Shown: positions 50,301 through 63,619 of the stretch, piece after piece
Layout of the letters: every line of letters starts with the position of its first letter
Position numbering within the stretch: position 1 is the first letter of the stretch
Assembly (NCBI GenBank): GCA_013265495.1
Contig: MU058781.1
Coordinates: 11,389,009-11,453,008 of the forward strand
Direction of reading: 5' to 3'
Length of the DNA stretch: 64,000 bases
Origin: Vicugna vicugna
Lineage: Eukaryota
Program-made: the position numbers and the translations under genes
Notes under the pieces: model-generated
Databases searched by the model: none
The model's input: only the letters and a program-made list of their open reading frames with translations
What the model was told of the DNA's origin: nothing

Positions 50301-53300
50301 TTACATTCCCGTAGGGCATCATTCCTTCCCGGGAATGACTCTATATTCAGGTACTACATTCCAAACTAGATCAGCTGCAAAAATTCTACACAAGTTTGTG
50401 CTTTCCCTTCAGAGAAAGTCTGGAGGAGTGACTAGACATTCCTCAGTCTGTAGGTTGTAAGGAAGGTCCTTCCCTGCTCGCCCCTCTTTTCCAGGTTCAA
50501 GGCAGAAGAGAAGCTGTAATTGAGAGAAATCTTGCCAATGTGATTAATGTGATAGAGGCCTTCATCCACCTTTATATGCATCCCAGAATGATTCAGTAAA
50601 ATCTGCCATTTACCAGCCTTCAGGGAAAAATACAGTGATTGCGTATATTCCTTCTTAGCACATCTCTCACCATCACCACCACTCCAATGGACAAGAGTAG
50701 AATGCTACTTTAGTTGGCTAAATCTTAAGGGAATATTTAATTAAATTCCTCTTTGCTCTTCCCTAGGCCTTTGTTTTGACTCCCATGGCGCTCGTTTGCT
50801 AACATTTGTTATTTTTGGCCTTCTCGTAAAGCTTCTACTGCTTTGTACACTCCCTGTTTTGGGATCCTCTGCTCTTGACCCAGTTGGCCCCCATTTTCAC
50901 TCTTATCTTTCAGTGTCCTTTTCAAATAGCACCCACTGTCCTTGGAAAGCCTCCCCTGGCATCTCCAAGTGTATTCCTCTGCTCCTTGGCTAGCTTTTGC
51001 CATAGAACTTACTATAATGTATCTAGTGAGTTTTCTGCCTTCCCTCTCCACACTGAGAGCTCTCTGAGAGCACGTCCACAGCAGGAGTTTAATAAGCATT
51101 TGTCAGTGCCTACTGGACAGTGCCTAGCTGAATGCCTTTCTTTCATAGAAGATACTCCCTGTAGTTTGTTCAGTCAGTCGCTGAAGCTACTAACTGTTGG
51201 GCATATTGTTAGAGAATGCTCTTAGCTGACCTTCAGATTTGAATGTATTCATTCACTCATTCAACAAACAGTGCCTGCTGGTGCTAGGCATTATTCTAGG
51301 CACCATGGATGCCACCCCATCACACTGCCACCTTCTCTCTTACTCTTTACCTCCTTTCCTGTTTACATGCAGGTGTATTTATACACTGTCCTCAGACATA
51401 GTTCCTTCTGGTATCTGTATTGTGGCACATATGAAATCAGCCAAATTGCAAACCAGGGCAAATTGCTGTGAAAACAGCCTCCTTCACAAACACAAAATTC
51501 TCATCCACTAATATTGTCTGTTCTCTGTGCTCCTGTGCACACGTATGGTCTCTCCTATTCAGCCTCCTTGGTTGACTCACATTTTTATATACACGCAGGT
51601 TTTCTCACACCACATGCCACACCCCTTGAGGCCCATTCCAGACAGACACCCTTACTGAATCGTTAGCAGAGGCAGGGTGCTGGCTGCTCAGCAGTCAGCA
51701 GGAGCCCCAGTGATGATGGTGACTCTCAAAGGCCAGAAAGATGGGAAACGTCAAGGCCAAAGAGAACTCCGGGTTCTGGACAGAGCTTTCTATTAGGGAC
51801 CATCTCTTTCTCTGCTGTTGATTACTAGGCCTCCCTTCTCAATTCTCCACTGAAAAGGTAAGTGAAGAAAGGGGGAGAGTGTGTCACCTGAAGTGTCTCT
51901 GATGGGATCTGAGCCTGAGTTTGGCAACAGAGGGAATGCTATGGCAGTGTGAACCACATAAATTCATGTGAATGCATGAAGTGCAGGGACGAGACGGCAC
52001 ACTACAGGCCATGTAGAAAAGGGGCAGATGATTGTATGTGTGCGAGTCCATTTAAGAGAATTTTTATGCTAAACTAAGGAGTTTATTGGGTCAGACTGGA
52101 CTGAGCCATAAAGTAACGTTCTTGCCAATCTACTTCAGTCGCCCAACCTGCAGCATCCTGGGCAATTCTCTGTATTACTGGGGCCATGGCAACAGTATTT
52201 CTTATCTCGGCATCATAAAAGGCTACACACCCACCTTCCCAGAAGACACCAATGAATGAGGTCCTAGTTGTCTGCAGCAGTCCAGGTGAGATGGGAGGGG
52301 AGGCAGTTTTGCATAGTGGTTAAGCCTGAGACACCTGGGTCCAATGGAGATAAAAACAGTACTTCAGAGATTTGCGAGAATTGAGACAACGTCTCAATTT
52401 ATGTAAGACTATGCATGTACGTTTCTGAGCTTGGTCTCTAAGCCACAGTTAACGTGATACAGTCTGTATCTTGATTGAGACTGAGATCTTTTTTTTTTTT
52501 ACAGTGTCCTCTCCCAACCCCTGTTCTTCATCAAAGAGAGGTTAGCTCTCCATTGGCTTTTTGCCCCACAAGACTGATGAGTTCTGGTTGGTCAGGTAGG
52601 ACACACCTTCATTGTGATTGTCCATTGGCTTATTTAGGGAGACAAGGAGTGACAACACATAAAAGTATTTCTCTGCCATATCAGGCTACCAGAACAAAAG
52701 TATCTCTAGTCCAATATACATTTTAAGCCAGTTTTGTATGTTAGTATGTCCTTTGGCTTTTCAAGTTGGAGAAAATAAAAATTAAAATCAGCATTCTGCA
52801 GTAGAAGATCCAGTTGACATTTGTTTTATCTTTTGTTGTCCCAGCCAAAGTTAGATAATCAAATGGAACTTTAAGAACTGACCTCTGCTAAACACACCAC
52901 ACCTTAAAATTACACTAACTACCTTGGGTGTCTCTAAGGCTTCCCTGTTTGATTCTGTTTCCTAAACTGCCTGGCTTTTTCCCCATGTTCACCTGGCTAA
53001 TTCCTGCCCATCCTTTAAGCCTCGAATGCCATTTCGCAGGATGTCTTTCCTAATGTCTCTTCCCTGGAAATACACTTTGATAAGTTAGATCCTTACTTCC
53101 AGCAGCCGGTATTTATCCCATCTGCAGTAACTCCCTCCACTGCCGTGTGCACATTTGTCTCCCCCTTTAGACTGGGAACCCCTAAGAGCAGGGACTTAAT
53201 CTTGTTTATCTTTACATTGCAGTGCTTGATAGACTAGGATAAATGCCCCAACAAGGTGAACTTATACCTTGGGCCTGCTTGGGAGTATTATCAGTTTATG

Positions 53301-56300
53301 AGGACACCTTGTGGCTAGATCATTTATTGTATAAATAGACTTGATCTTGTTCTAACATTCTTCTTTTGACTTACCTGTTAAGCAAAACAAGACATATTAT
53401 TTAGGATGGTTCGTATTATACAGTTCTATTTCTAAGTCAGGGTCTTCTAGGGGATAAATAACAGCAAACTATTAATGTTACGGTTTGTGAAATACCAAAA
53501 CATCTTCCTGGTGGGAGCGTAAAGGCCTCTGTTTACCTAGAGACTTTACAGTTAGCAACCAGGGAGACTTGGAGGTGCACAGACCTAGATCTGAATCTCA
53601 GTTCTGTCACATCCAGGGTGACCTTGAGAGTAAAACACTGAGTTTAAGTTACCATAAAATGGAAACCATCCCTTCCTTATTATACAGTATGTGGAAAGGC
53701 TTTGGGACAGTGCCTAGCACATTGCAAGTGCTCAGTAAATGGTAGTTACCTAGGATCAAACCAACTATTTAATGCTTGCGACATCCCTCCCTCCCCTAAA
53801 CACAACAGACACGCCAAATATTCATCCATGTTCTGCCTGAACACCTCTAGTGACGGTGAGAATTACTGCTGCTGGGCACAGCACTTTCCATCCACAGCTC
53901 AGTTCCAACTTCTAAATATTATCTATGATGTTTTTTCCTAGTACTTTTATATAGGATATAAGAAACACATTTCTATTATTTTTCTGTAAGTTTCCTTTAG
54001 AGATGTTTGATTTAAAATTTTAAATTCATTGTTCCACATTTTATCTTTCATATAATTCTTTTTCATTATGATACTATAAATGGGACAGGATCTCAAAAGC
54101 AGCAATTTAGTGGGGAGGGAAATAGCTCAGTGGTAGAATACATGCTTAGCATGCACGATGTCCTGGGTTCAATCCCCAGTACCTCCATTAAAAAGTAAAA
54201 TTAAAAAATTAAAGTGATTTAAAATAAATAAAAGCAGCTATTTAACGTTGATGGATTCTATTAAACTTTTTATTAAAGTGGGTTTGTGGTATAAGCTTAT
54301 TAATTCTAGCAACTCATTGAATTACTGAATTTCTTCCAGTTTTTTCTTAAAATTGTTTTAAACTGTTCATTATGAGGTCATTTAAAAAATTACACTGTGC
54401 AAAAACTAGGAAGCATCCAGATTAAACCTATAGCTGGTTGACAGATCACATGGACCAGCTGACTTTGCTGGTGCAAAATTTCTGAGACATTAAGAGATGC
54501 CAGGTTGTTGTACTTAAGGCTGAAAAGCTCAGATGGAATATTTGATTTCTGCAAAGGAGTGCAGATTAACAAAACTACTCCTATTTTTCCCTAAATATTC
54601 CCTTTTCTCTAAAAACCATTTACATTAGACTTAATTTCTATCATAAAGAGATTGGTAACTTTTTTAATTTCTCAATCAACTTTTTGAGAGTATAATCCAG
54701 TGACAGTTCATGATAGGCTGTTTTGGGCTTTTCTACCACCACGAAATGTTCAAATTCTTTTTTTCACACATAGGTGAATTTAGTCTCTGCTGTCCCTGGG
54801 AAAATGATCTGTGAAATGAAAGTGGAAGAGCAGCACACGAATAAAATGGGCACTCTCCATGGTGGCATGACAGCCACCCTAGTGGATTGCATATCGACAT
54901 ATGCTCTGATATGCTCAGAGAGAGGAGTACCTGGAGTCAGCGTCGATATGAACATAACGTATGTATCCAAGCTGTACCCCAAATAACTTATTTCAAGCAA
55001 CTGAGACCATGTTATGTTTATAACATAAAGAAAGCATGAGGTACCCTTAGCTAGTCATCCTTAACTACAGCTAGATTTGCCTTAAAATAGTCCATGGCTT
55101 TAGAATCTAGAACTAGAGGAATTAATTTCCAAATACAGTATATATCAGTAATAAAGGGGGAATGATCTAAACATTCAAAAAGGCAAACATTCAGCTTCTA
55201 ATATGCATACTGGTGGGGAAAAAAAATCACATCACATCAAATCATGGCTTACAGCTGTTTCATACACTCCTTAAAAGTGCCACTTATACAAACGTCTTAT
55301 GAGAGCTGTATTGAGAACATATAGAGAAAAGCTTGAATAAAAATCAAAGAAAAGTTGGGAAAACCTTCATGTATACATTGTCATCACCTTGTAACAAGGT
55401 GAACACAATGTCCAGTCCTTCATCTTTTTCTGTAATTGCACAGACATGCTCTCATGATCAGGGAGCAGAACCCCAGATGTCAGGTTTCACTCACTGTTGT
55501 GAAAAGGCCTGCAGGGGTCAAACACCTCCAGATGTAAAAGATTCAGTTCCCACATCAACTAGTACTGCTCCCAGCATCCCACTCAGGAGAGTGCAGGGCC
55601 CAGGGGTTTAGTTTCAAGACAATTTCTTTTTCCACCTAAGCAACAGAAAAATGACTTGCTAGAGGGGCAGACTGGGGTTAGGGTGGGAAACCAGCATTAT
55701 GTGACGTGAGGGCAATGGAAATAGTTTTCAGGTTTTTAAACAATCCAGATTTTTTCTTAGGCTAACTTAAGAAACATTCAGTGCCTCTTTATGATGGAAA
55801 TAAAATTCAGGGTGCAGTAAGCAAATCACAGGACAAGATGCAAATGGTCTTCTGAAATTAAGATCTGCTCACGGCACTGGGGGGCATACTCAGCAGTCCT
55901 TGTCTTACTCCATGTGATGACGGTTAAGACCAGTTGATGACTCTGCTTTGCCTTAAGAGCCTCTATTTAGGAGCAGAGATCTTCTAACCTAGCACTGCAT
56001 TTCATGATCTTCTAAGATACTGCTGCTTTTACAACGCTGAAGAATTTTTAATAAGCCAAACAAAATTTTGGCCTTTCCAAGTAAGTGTTGCTAAAGTATT
56101 GGCCACTATCAAGAACTGCCTGAGTTTCAAAAGGGCCTCATACTAATATGTTATAGTTCTTCTGTTAAGTCATTTTAGAGTTCAGTAAATTCTGCATTAT
56201 TGATATGACAAGATATAAACACCAAACATCACTTCTAGGAAGTTAAGCAAATTAAATGAAAGCTAGAGGAAATCATTCACTAGCCCCAAATACATATGAA

Positions 56301-56749
56301 ATGGGAAACGTAAAGAAAAAGGGGGACGGGCAGTTGAAAACCCCTCCCACTATTTATGGGAAAAGAAACTTGTGTGGATAAGAAATGGGTAAGCTGTAAT
56401 GTGTTCAGGACCAGCCATTCAAATTAGAAAGACAGAAAGCTTACTGATATCAAACTATTTAGGAGTATTAAGGAGTGAAATAAGTAACATAAGAAGGCTG
56501 TTATTTAAAAAAAAAAAAGGCTGTTATGAGATGCACACACCTTTTTCTTTTAAAAACTATTTGTTAACTAAATTTAAATGTTTCCTTTCAAGGTACATGT
56601 CACCTGCGAAAATTGGAGATGATATAGTGATTACAGCACATATTCTGAAGCAAGGAAAAACACTTGCCTTTGCCTCTGTGGATCTGACGAACAAGGCCAC
56701 GGGAAAATTAATAGCACAAGGCAGACACACAAAACACCTGGGAAACTGA
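47246..56749 (+). CDS. ACOT13: Acyl-CoA thioesterase 13 (THEM2), hotdog fold, complete, 140 aa
   Basis: Exons 47246-47326, 54774-54958, 56593-56749 total 423 nt with GT-AG sites. Motifs HTNKMGTLHGG, TLVD, GVSVDMNITYMSPAK, AQGRHTKHLGN*. Confidence 0.97.
48328..48537 (+). mobile_element. MER20 (hAT-Charlie)
   Basis: cagtggttctcaa...gggacatttggcaattctggagacatttttg. Confidence 0.85.
49334..49492 (+). mobile_element. vic-1-like SINE inside an old L1 relic
   Basis: SINE head and tail; TSD AAG(A/T)GATCTATATG. Confidence 0.9.
54112..54229 (+). mobile_element. vic-1-like SINE
   Basis: SINE head; TSD AAAAGCAGC(A/T)ATTTA. Confidence 0.9.
54774..54958 (+). CDS. ACOT13: ACOT13 exon 2
   Basis: tag|VNLVSAVPGKMICEMKVEEQHTNKMGTLHGG...DMNI(T)|gtatgt; 185 nt. 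Confidence 0.97.
56593..56749 (+). CDS. ACOT13: ACOT13 exon 3 (coding part)
   Basis: aag|YMSPAKIGDDIVITAHILKQGKTLAFASVDLTNKATGKLIAQGRHTKHLGN*. Confidence 0.97.
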
Positions 56750-56826
56750 GAACAGCAGTGTAACCTACAGAAACCCAAAAATGAATGTCCACAGTAAATT
56801 GGACTTGAACAAATATTCATTCTCAA

Positions 56827-56832
56827 AATAAA
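56827..56832 (+). terminator. Proximal ACOT13 polyadenylation signal AATAAA
   Basis: AATAAA about 80 nt after the stop codon. Confidence 0.6.
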
Positions 56833-58257
56833 TTAGCACAACCAGAAGCAACAGCTGAGAGGTATTTTCTTTGGGGAAAATGCCAGAGATGAAGTGGAAT
56901 ATAGGCTAGGGTTGTCTATATTCTTCCACTTTATGCCGCTTTAGTTTTAGTTTGTAATCAGACACGATACTTAGATGAAAACATTCTTAGCTCGAAGTGT
57001 TCTGAAAACAGGTAAAGCAAAGCTAGCAGGGCCTTAAAACAAATCCAGTATTAAGCTAAAGAAGAAATATAAATTAATGTTTACTCCTTAAACGAATTGT
57101 AGGTCCTTTTCAGCTCTCAAATGCCATGCTACATTTTTTTTTAACCCAATTTCAGTATTATGGAACTGCAAAACAGATGAACCATGGGCGACATTAGAAA
57201 ATAAAATTGAGTAGTCCTCAACAAAGTTTGAGGCAAAGCACATTAGTGATAAAGGAAATAGTCCAGTGGTGTGCTGCTTTTCTCTGATAGAGAATTTATT
57301 ACTGGACTGGCATATTTTATGGTGGGGATGGGCATACTATTAGTCCCGTTTCCAGTACTTAAGGATAAAACCATGCAGATCTTGAATCTCCCAATCTACA
57401 GTACTGGAAAGACCAAGTTCAGAGATTGTTCAGTCCATTTCTCAAAGTCCAGTTGACTATGGCATTCATAACATTTGATTTCTGCATCAGGGGATCTTAG
57501 TGAATGTTTCATGACTAAAGAGCAAAATGAAAGGAAGCATCTTTAATAAGCTTGGAAACAACAGTAGTTAAAAATTGCGTATCCTTTGGTTGGATTAGAA
57601 TACATGCTGATCTGTTGAAAGGACAGAAGCGGACTTCAAAGTAGCAATGAACACACAGGAAACCCAGATCTAGTATCTGCTACTAAGAGTAACCTGGGCT
57701 CCTTGAAGTAGCTGATTCCAGAGCTGGGGGCTGGGATAGGAAAGTCCAGGATGAATATATCTTGCGCTTGAAAGTAAGGAATTGCTCAAGATGATGAGAC
57801 GTGAAAATTATGCAGCATTAAAAAGAAAGGCACTGAGTCCATACTGCTTAGGTAATAATGGCACAAGGGCTCTTCGTTACAACAGAATGCTGATAAATGT
57901 GGAGAGGTAGGTACAAAATAGTAACTATAAAATGCAGAAATAGGACATCACCTTGACCAATCAAAATTAACATCAACAAAGAGCATACTGACAGTGTGCT
58001 TCTGGATATGAACTTGAGAGGGGCATAAATTCACTTATATTGGGCATTGGCCAGAATACATAATCCAAACCTAACCATGAAGGAACACTACTCAAATGCA
58101 AAATAAGGACACTTTGTGTTTTAAAAATTGGCCTGCATGCTTCAAAAACGTCAAGGTCATTAAAGGCTGAGGAACTGTTCCAGATTAAAGATGAGAGATA
58201 AGACAACTAAATGCGACGATCCTGTACTGACTATAGGGGGTATAAAAACACACTGTT

Positions 58258-58435
58258 GGGAGGAGGGTATATATAGCTCAGTGGTAAAGCACATGCTTAA
58301 GTCCTGGGTTCAATCCTCAGTGCCTCCATTAAAAAAAAAGTTCAATCCCCATGAATAAAAACCTAATTACATCCCCCCTAAAAGTGGGAGGTGGTTGATA
58401 ACAAGTCATCTCTCCTAAAAAAAACCCCAAAACCA
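58258..58435 (+). mobile_element. vic-1-like SINE (internally deleted) inside an L1MC-type relic (~57600-58745)
   Basis: tagctcagtggtaaagcacatgcttaag-tcctgggttcaatcc; aacctaattac tail. Confidence 0.8.
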
Positions 58436-59179
58436 AAACACTGAAAGAAATGACAGCAAAACTGGAATGTGGATGGTAGATTAAAGTATATCAATGTTAC
58501 ATTTGAGTTTGATAATTTTACTGTGGTAATAAGAAAATATCCTTGTACTTGAGACATATGCCAAGGTACCAAGAGGGAAGAGATCAAGATGTATGCACGA
58601 CTCTCAAATGACTCAGAAAATATATAAACATATGGAGAAAAACAAGAAAACAAATGTGGCAAAATGTCAGTTATTTTGTGGGTAAAAGTTACACAAAAGC
58701 TTTCCGTGTTATTCTTACAACTCTCCTAGTTTATTCTAAAATAAAAACTAACTCTACAGAGCCAGACAGCCAGGTTTTAAATACTCTCCCACTCACAATG
58801 AGTTTGGGCAGGTTGCTAAAATCTCTGCGTCTACTTCGAGTTATAAGAGCTTAGAACAATATGTAGCCATGAGAAACAAAATGTTATTTCAAATAGATTC
58901 TAATTTTCAACGGATCAGAAAACATGTGAAAAAGCATTCTGAAATTAAGAATATTTTTCTTCTTTCTCATGAAGCCAGACATAAGGCTAGGATGATACCC
59001 GTTAAAAGCTGAAAACTGTCCTTCATTCCATTCTTGTTGAAATTACAGACCCAACTGTCGACTTTTCTGAGTTTTCTGTTTAGCGACGGACTATAAACCC
59101 TCCTAAGATCATCAATAACATGTACCCATGTAATTTACAAAAAAGTTAGCACTTCAAGTTTTGTGTATTCACCTGAATA

Positions 59180-60450
59180 CTCAGGGAACTTTCACCTATT
59201 TTATTTAGGTTTTCATTTATTCAAATTCCAACCAGAAGCTAAATACAATCGGAAACCAGTAAGCACTAAGTTTTACTCCAAAGGAGTAGGATCATTCAGA
59301 TTTACTCCAATAAAAGTATGCAACCCTTAAGCAAAGCTTTTCTTCATTTAAAAGAAAAAAATAAACAACAAAAAAAACTATACAGTAGTCTTTCCTTATG
59401 TTCATTGCACAAAATGAGTTCTGCTTTTAGAACTTTGACACTCAATTTTTTTTGTTGTTGTTTTTTACAATTTAAGGTCCCAACTTTAGTAACTTTTCTA
59501 CTTCAAAAAACCCTCATAAGTTTTCTTTAGGATGGTGTAAAAACCAGTATTTCTGCACAATTCACTGGAATTTTTTCTTTGTAATAAAAATCTCTTCTCT
59601 TTAAAGCCAAAAAACAAAACAAAAACCAAAAGGAAAGTCCTCTACCTATCATGGTTTCTGCAGCTATGGGAGTACTTCTCAGTTTTATAGCTGCTTAGCT
59701 ACTTCAGACTCCAGATCTGCTTTAATGTGTAACTGTATGCACACTCAGCAGAATACTCTTTTATAACAGCAACTTGGGGAAAGAGATCTGGAAATAAAAT
59801 ACATATATTTATGAGTACCAGGAAACAAACATGGCCCAGTAATATATGGCAAGAATGCCTACAACGAGATGCTTTTTTCATTTAAGACTTCTTCCCCATG
59901 GTTGTATTTTCTTTCTTTCCTTTTTTTTTTTTTTTTTTTAAAACAACCACTTCTGGTCGTTAGAATCTGACAGTGCTCTGGAACAACGGTGATTATAGCA
60001 AAGCTATTAAGTTTTTTAAATGTTACTTACACCTGTTACATTCATTTCTCACCCTCCAAATACTGATGACAGATGTCATAGAGGCAAAAACCAGCACAAA
60101 TGGAAAGACCATCAAAAATGAGTATCACCTTGTGCTTGCAGATACATTTAAGCATTTCAGTGTACAATAGTCCTTTCATTTCACATTTTTAGTTAAGATG
60201 CTGATGCAGTGCAGCAAATATGCAAAGCATCTTCTTTCACACAGTCCGTGCAGAAGACATCTAATTTTTTTAAGTTCTGAGATACAAATGATTAAAAAAA
60301 AAAAATCCAGGATCAGCAAGTTTCAAAATGCATAGTGTTCTGTGCATGAGTCCATTTTCTTTAACTCTGAAAGAATAAAGTGGTAAGAAAACAAGGAAAA
60401 AAAAATTGCTGCTGCACTCTCTGATCTTCTCCATTTTGCTGGTCAGCACT
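59180..60450 (-). other. C6orf62: C6orf62 3' UTR with tandem AATAAA signals (59216-59221, 59200-59205)
   Basis: Repeat-free AT-rich stretch downstream of the stop codon, ending at two TTTATT hexamers on plus. Confidence 0.7.
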
Positions 60451-60576
60451 CTATTCTGGCATATAGGGATGGAGGTGATCCTCTATGGTGCCAACTGCCC
60501 AGTGGGTAAGCTGTTCCTGTGGCAGGTAGAGGCAGATGCTGCATAACTTGAAGATTGTAGCTTTGTTTTTTGGAGT
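60451..60576 (-). CDS. C6orf62: C6orf62 last coding exon (upstream exons lie beyond the right edge)
   Basis: ttctag|[41 protein letters not shown], matching the C6orf62 C-terminus as recalled; expected synteny; missed by the ORF track. Confidence 0.93.
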   Translation of the reverse strand, partial: TPKNKATIFKLCSICLYLPQEQLTHWAVGTIEDHLHPYMPE

Positions 60577-61686
60577 CTAGAAGGGGAGAAATTTTAATAT
60601 CCTTAATAAAAAAGATTTTAACATAACTGACCAATTATCACATGAAGTCAATCTCTCATAATTTATTAAGCACTTATGAACACAGTGATAAAGTATATAG
60701 AGTAAGAGAAGACATTATGGTCCTTATCCATAAGGCCCTTAATCTAGTTAGGAAAACAAACCTTGCCTTACAAAACATAGAAAACCAGAGTAAACATGAT
60801 TATTAACTAAATAACTGTTAACAGAATTTATGCAGAATAAAAATAAAAAGTGAGAAAAGTCAAACAGACTACTTGCTGAAAGAAACCAGGATTAAAAGCA
60901 TTTCAAGGAGATAGAGTTGAACAGAGGTTCAAAGTCACATCTGTGTGTAGAAAGACAGCAGATGCGGTGAAGAGTAGACGATAAGATTAGAAATAGATTA
61001 AAAAAAAAAAAAGCTTTAACCATATCATGGGGTAAAGGACTAGAAGACAAGACATTAACAGATAAATCAAGCCCTTTAAGTATTTTTAAAAGGCAGTTAC
61101 TATTTTAACATCTAACTTATGGTAAGTGCTGAGGTGCTTTCACAAATAACCACTGGTAGTAAGTGGAAGATGGAATCTGAACCCAGAACTGCCTGCAAAG
61201 TTCCTCCTTTCACCATAGCACCTCTAAAATATATGCAAAAGAAGATTGCCTTTGCCAATGTCTGAAGCAGTCTACATATATGTAAATGAACCTATACATA
61301 TGCACATATATTTTTTCATTTTAACTGTTACAACCACCTTATGACTATCATTTACTTAATTTATAAGAACACGTGCACAGAAGTACTTGTCCAAGATCTC
61401 ACAGCCAGTAAGAGGCTGCGTGTATATGAGAATCCAGACTCTAGGCATGCGCCTCTATACCACCACCCGTTCGAGGTGCTTTTTGGGTCTAGCCTGTATC
61501 ATACATATGATATTCCAATATAAAGGGCAGAAGATCTCTGCTAGATGATTTTTACCAAATTACATAATTTCCTGATTTCCTTAGCCATAATATGGGAGTA
61601 GTAAGATCCACACCTCAGAAGACTGTTGTGAGGATTAAATAAGTGCATATACATAGAACTCTTACTATACAGTCTGGTGCATAATA

Positions 61687-63336
61687 CGTTGAGCCTTGAA
61701 CATGGGTTTGAACTGCTAGGGTCCACTTACAGGCAAATTTTTTTCAATTAATATACTGGAAAAATTTTTGGAGATTTGCAGTAATTTAAAAAACCTTGCA
61801 AACCACACAGTCTAGAAATATCAAAAAAAAAAAAAGGGAAAAAGAAAAAGAAAAAGTTATGTCATGAATGCATAACCTGTGAACAACACAGGGGTTAGGG
61901 TGCTGATCCTATACGGATCAAAACCTGCACATAATTTACAGTCTGCCCTCCATATACATGGCTCCAGATCAATGGATTGCACAGTACTGCATCTGTATTT
62001 ATTGAGAAAAATCTGCATATAACCGGATCCACACAGTTCAAACCTATGTTGGTCTAAGGTCAACTGCAAATACTAGTCTATCCTTATACAGGCGTTAAGG
62101 TGAGTGATATTTAATATAAAACTAGTAATGTCAGTTTTGTTTTACTGCTTTGCTTTTAAAAAATATTGTTACTAATACTGTATTATGAATATGACTGTAA
62201 TACTGTATGCCATAAGGATTCATTCATTAGTAGATAGGCTAGGCTATCATGAAGCCATCACATCGACTACACTAGGCTGCCATAAAGCAATCGTATTGCA
62301 CTTCTTTATTATCAATATATGGATCATTGTACTTACAAATATATGTATTTCTTTTTCACATCTTTTTTGATGTCTAGTGTTAGTAATAAATACAACACCT
62401 ATAGTGTTTTGCATCATATAAGACAATACTGTTGTAGGTACTGACAGACAATTCATCTTGTAAATAAACAATACACTTAGGTATCAATAAATACAGTACA
62501 GTAACATAAATGTATTTTCTTATGACCTTAACAGTTTGTTCTTTAGCTTAACTGTAATACAATATATAATACATACATGTGTTATAATACAACACATATA
62601 ATAGTGTTATAATACAACACATATAATACATAATACACAAATATATGTAATATATACACATAATATATGTAATGTGTATAATACATATAATGTTATAATA
62701 TATAACACAAAATACATGTTAGTCAACTGTTTATGTTACCAGTAAGGCTTCAACAGTAGACTAAGTTTTGGGGGAGTCAAAAGTTATACACAAATGTCCA
62801 TTGACAGATGAATGGATAAAGATATGGTGTACACAGATACACCGTGGAATATGAGCCATAAGAAAGAATAAAGTAATGCCATCTGCAGCAACATGGATGG
62901 ACCTAGAGATTATCATACTAAGTGAAGTAAGTCAGATAAAGACAAATATCATATATCATGTGTATGTGGAATCTAAAATATGATACAAATGAACTTATTT
63001 ACAAAACAGAAAGACTCACAGACACAGAAAACAAACTTAGGGTTACCAAAGGGGAAAAGGGGGAGAGATAAAATAAAGAGTTTGGGATAACAGATACAAA
63101 CTACTATATACAGAAAAAATAGATAAGGTCCTACTGTACAGCACAGGGAACTATTTAATAGCTTGTAAGAACTTATAATGGAGATTATATAATATGTATA
63201 ACTGAATCACACTGCTGTACATCAGAAACACAACACTGTAAATTAACTATATGTCTATTAAAAAAAGTTATACACAGGCTGTCGACTATACAGGTTGTCG
63301 GCACCCTTAACCCCTATGTTGTTCAAGTGTCAAATG
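61687..63336 (+). mobile_element. Tigger2-type DNA transposon with a nested inverted MER8-like MITE (61876-62066) and a nested L1 (62793-63262)
   Basis: Degenerate TIRs cgttgagccttgaac / gttcaagtgtcaaatg flanked by TA; L1 flanked by TSD AAAAGTTATACACA (62779-62792, 63263-63276). Confidence 0.85.
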
Positions 63337-63507
63337 TATACAACGTGTGGTGGCCACAACTATCATCAGTTCCCTCATGAACCAGTGGAGGTTGATTCTT
63401 CCGTATTATGCAAATACAGTAACTTATCACCAGCTTATGAAGATGAAGAACAGAACCTGAGTGGAAGAAGGGGACCAAGAGCACGGAGGACCAAATCCAT
63501 CTCCAAC

Positions 63508-63619
63508 TAGGGTGGACCAACCATCCCAGTTTGCCTAGGACTGAGGGGTTTCTAGAACTTGGCACTTTCAGTGCTAAAACCAGGACATTCCAGACAAACT
63601 GAGACTGTTGGTCACCCTA
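63508..63619. mobile_element. MER81-like hAT MITE
   Basis: TIRs tagggtggaccaac / gttggtcacccta; decayed 8-bp TSD tctccaac/cctacaac. Confidence 0.75.

Noticed and set aside
60443..60634. 63-aa ORF over the C6orf62 exon
   Set aside because: Wrong frame; the real exon frame is 60576-60451
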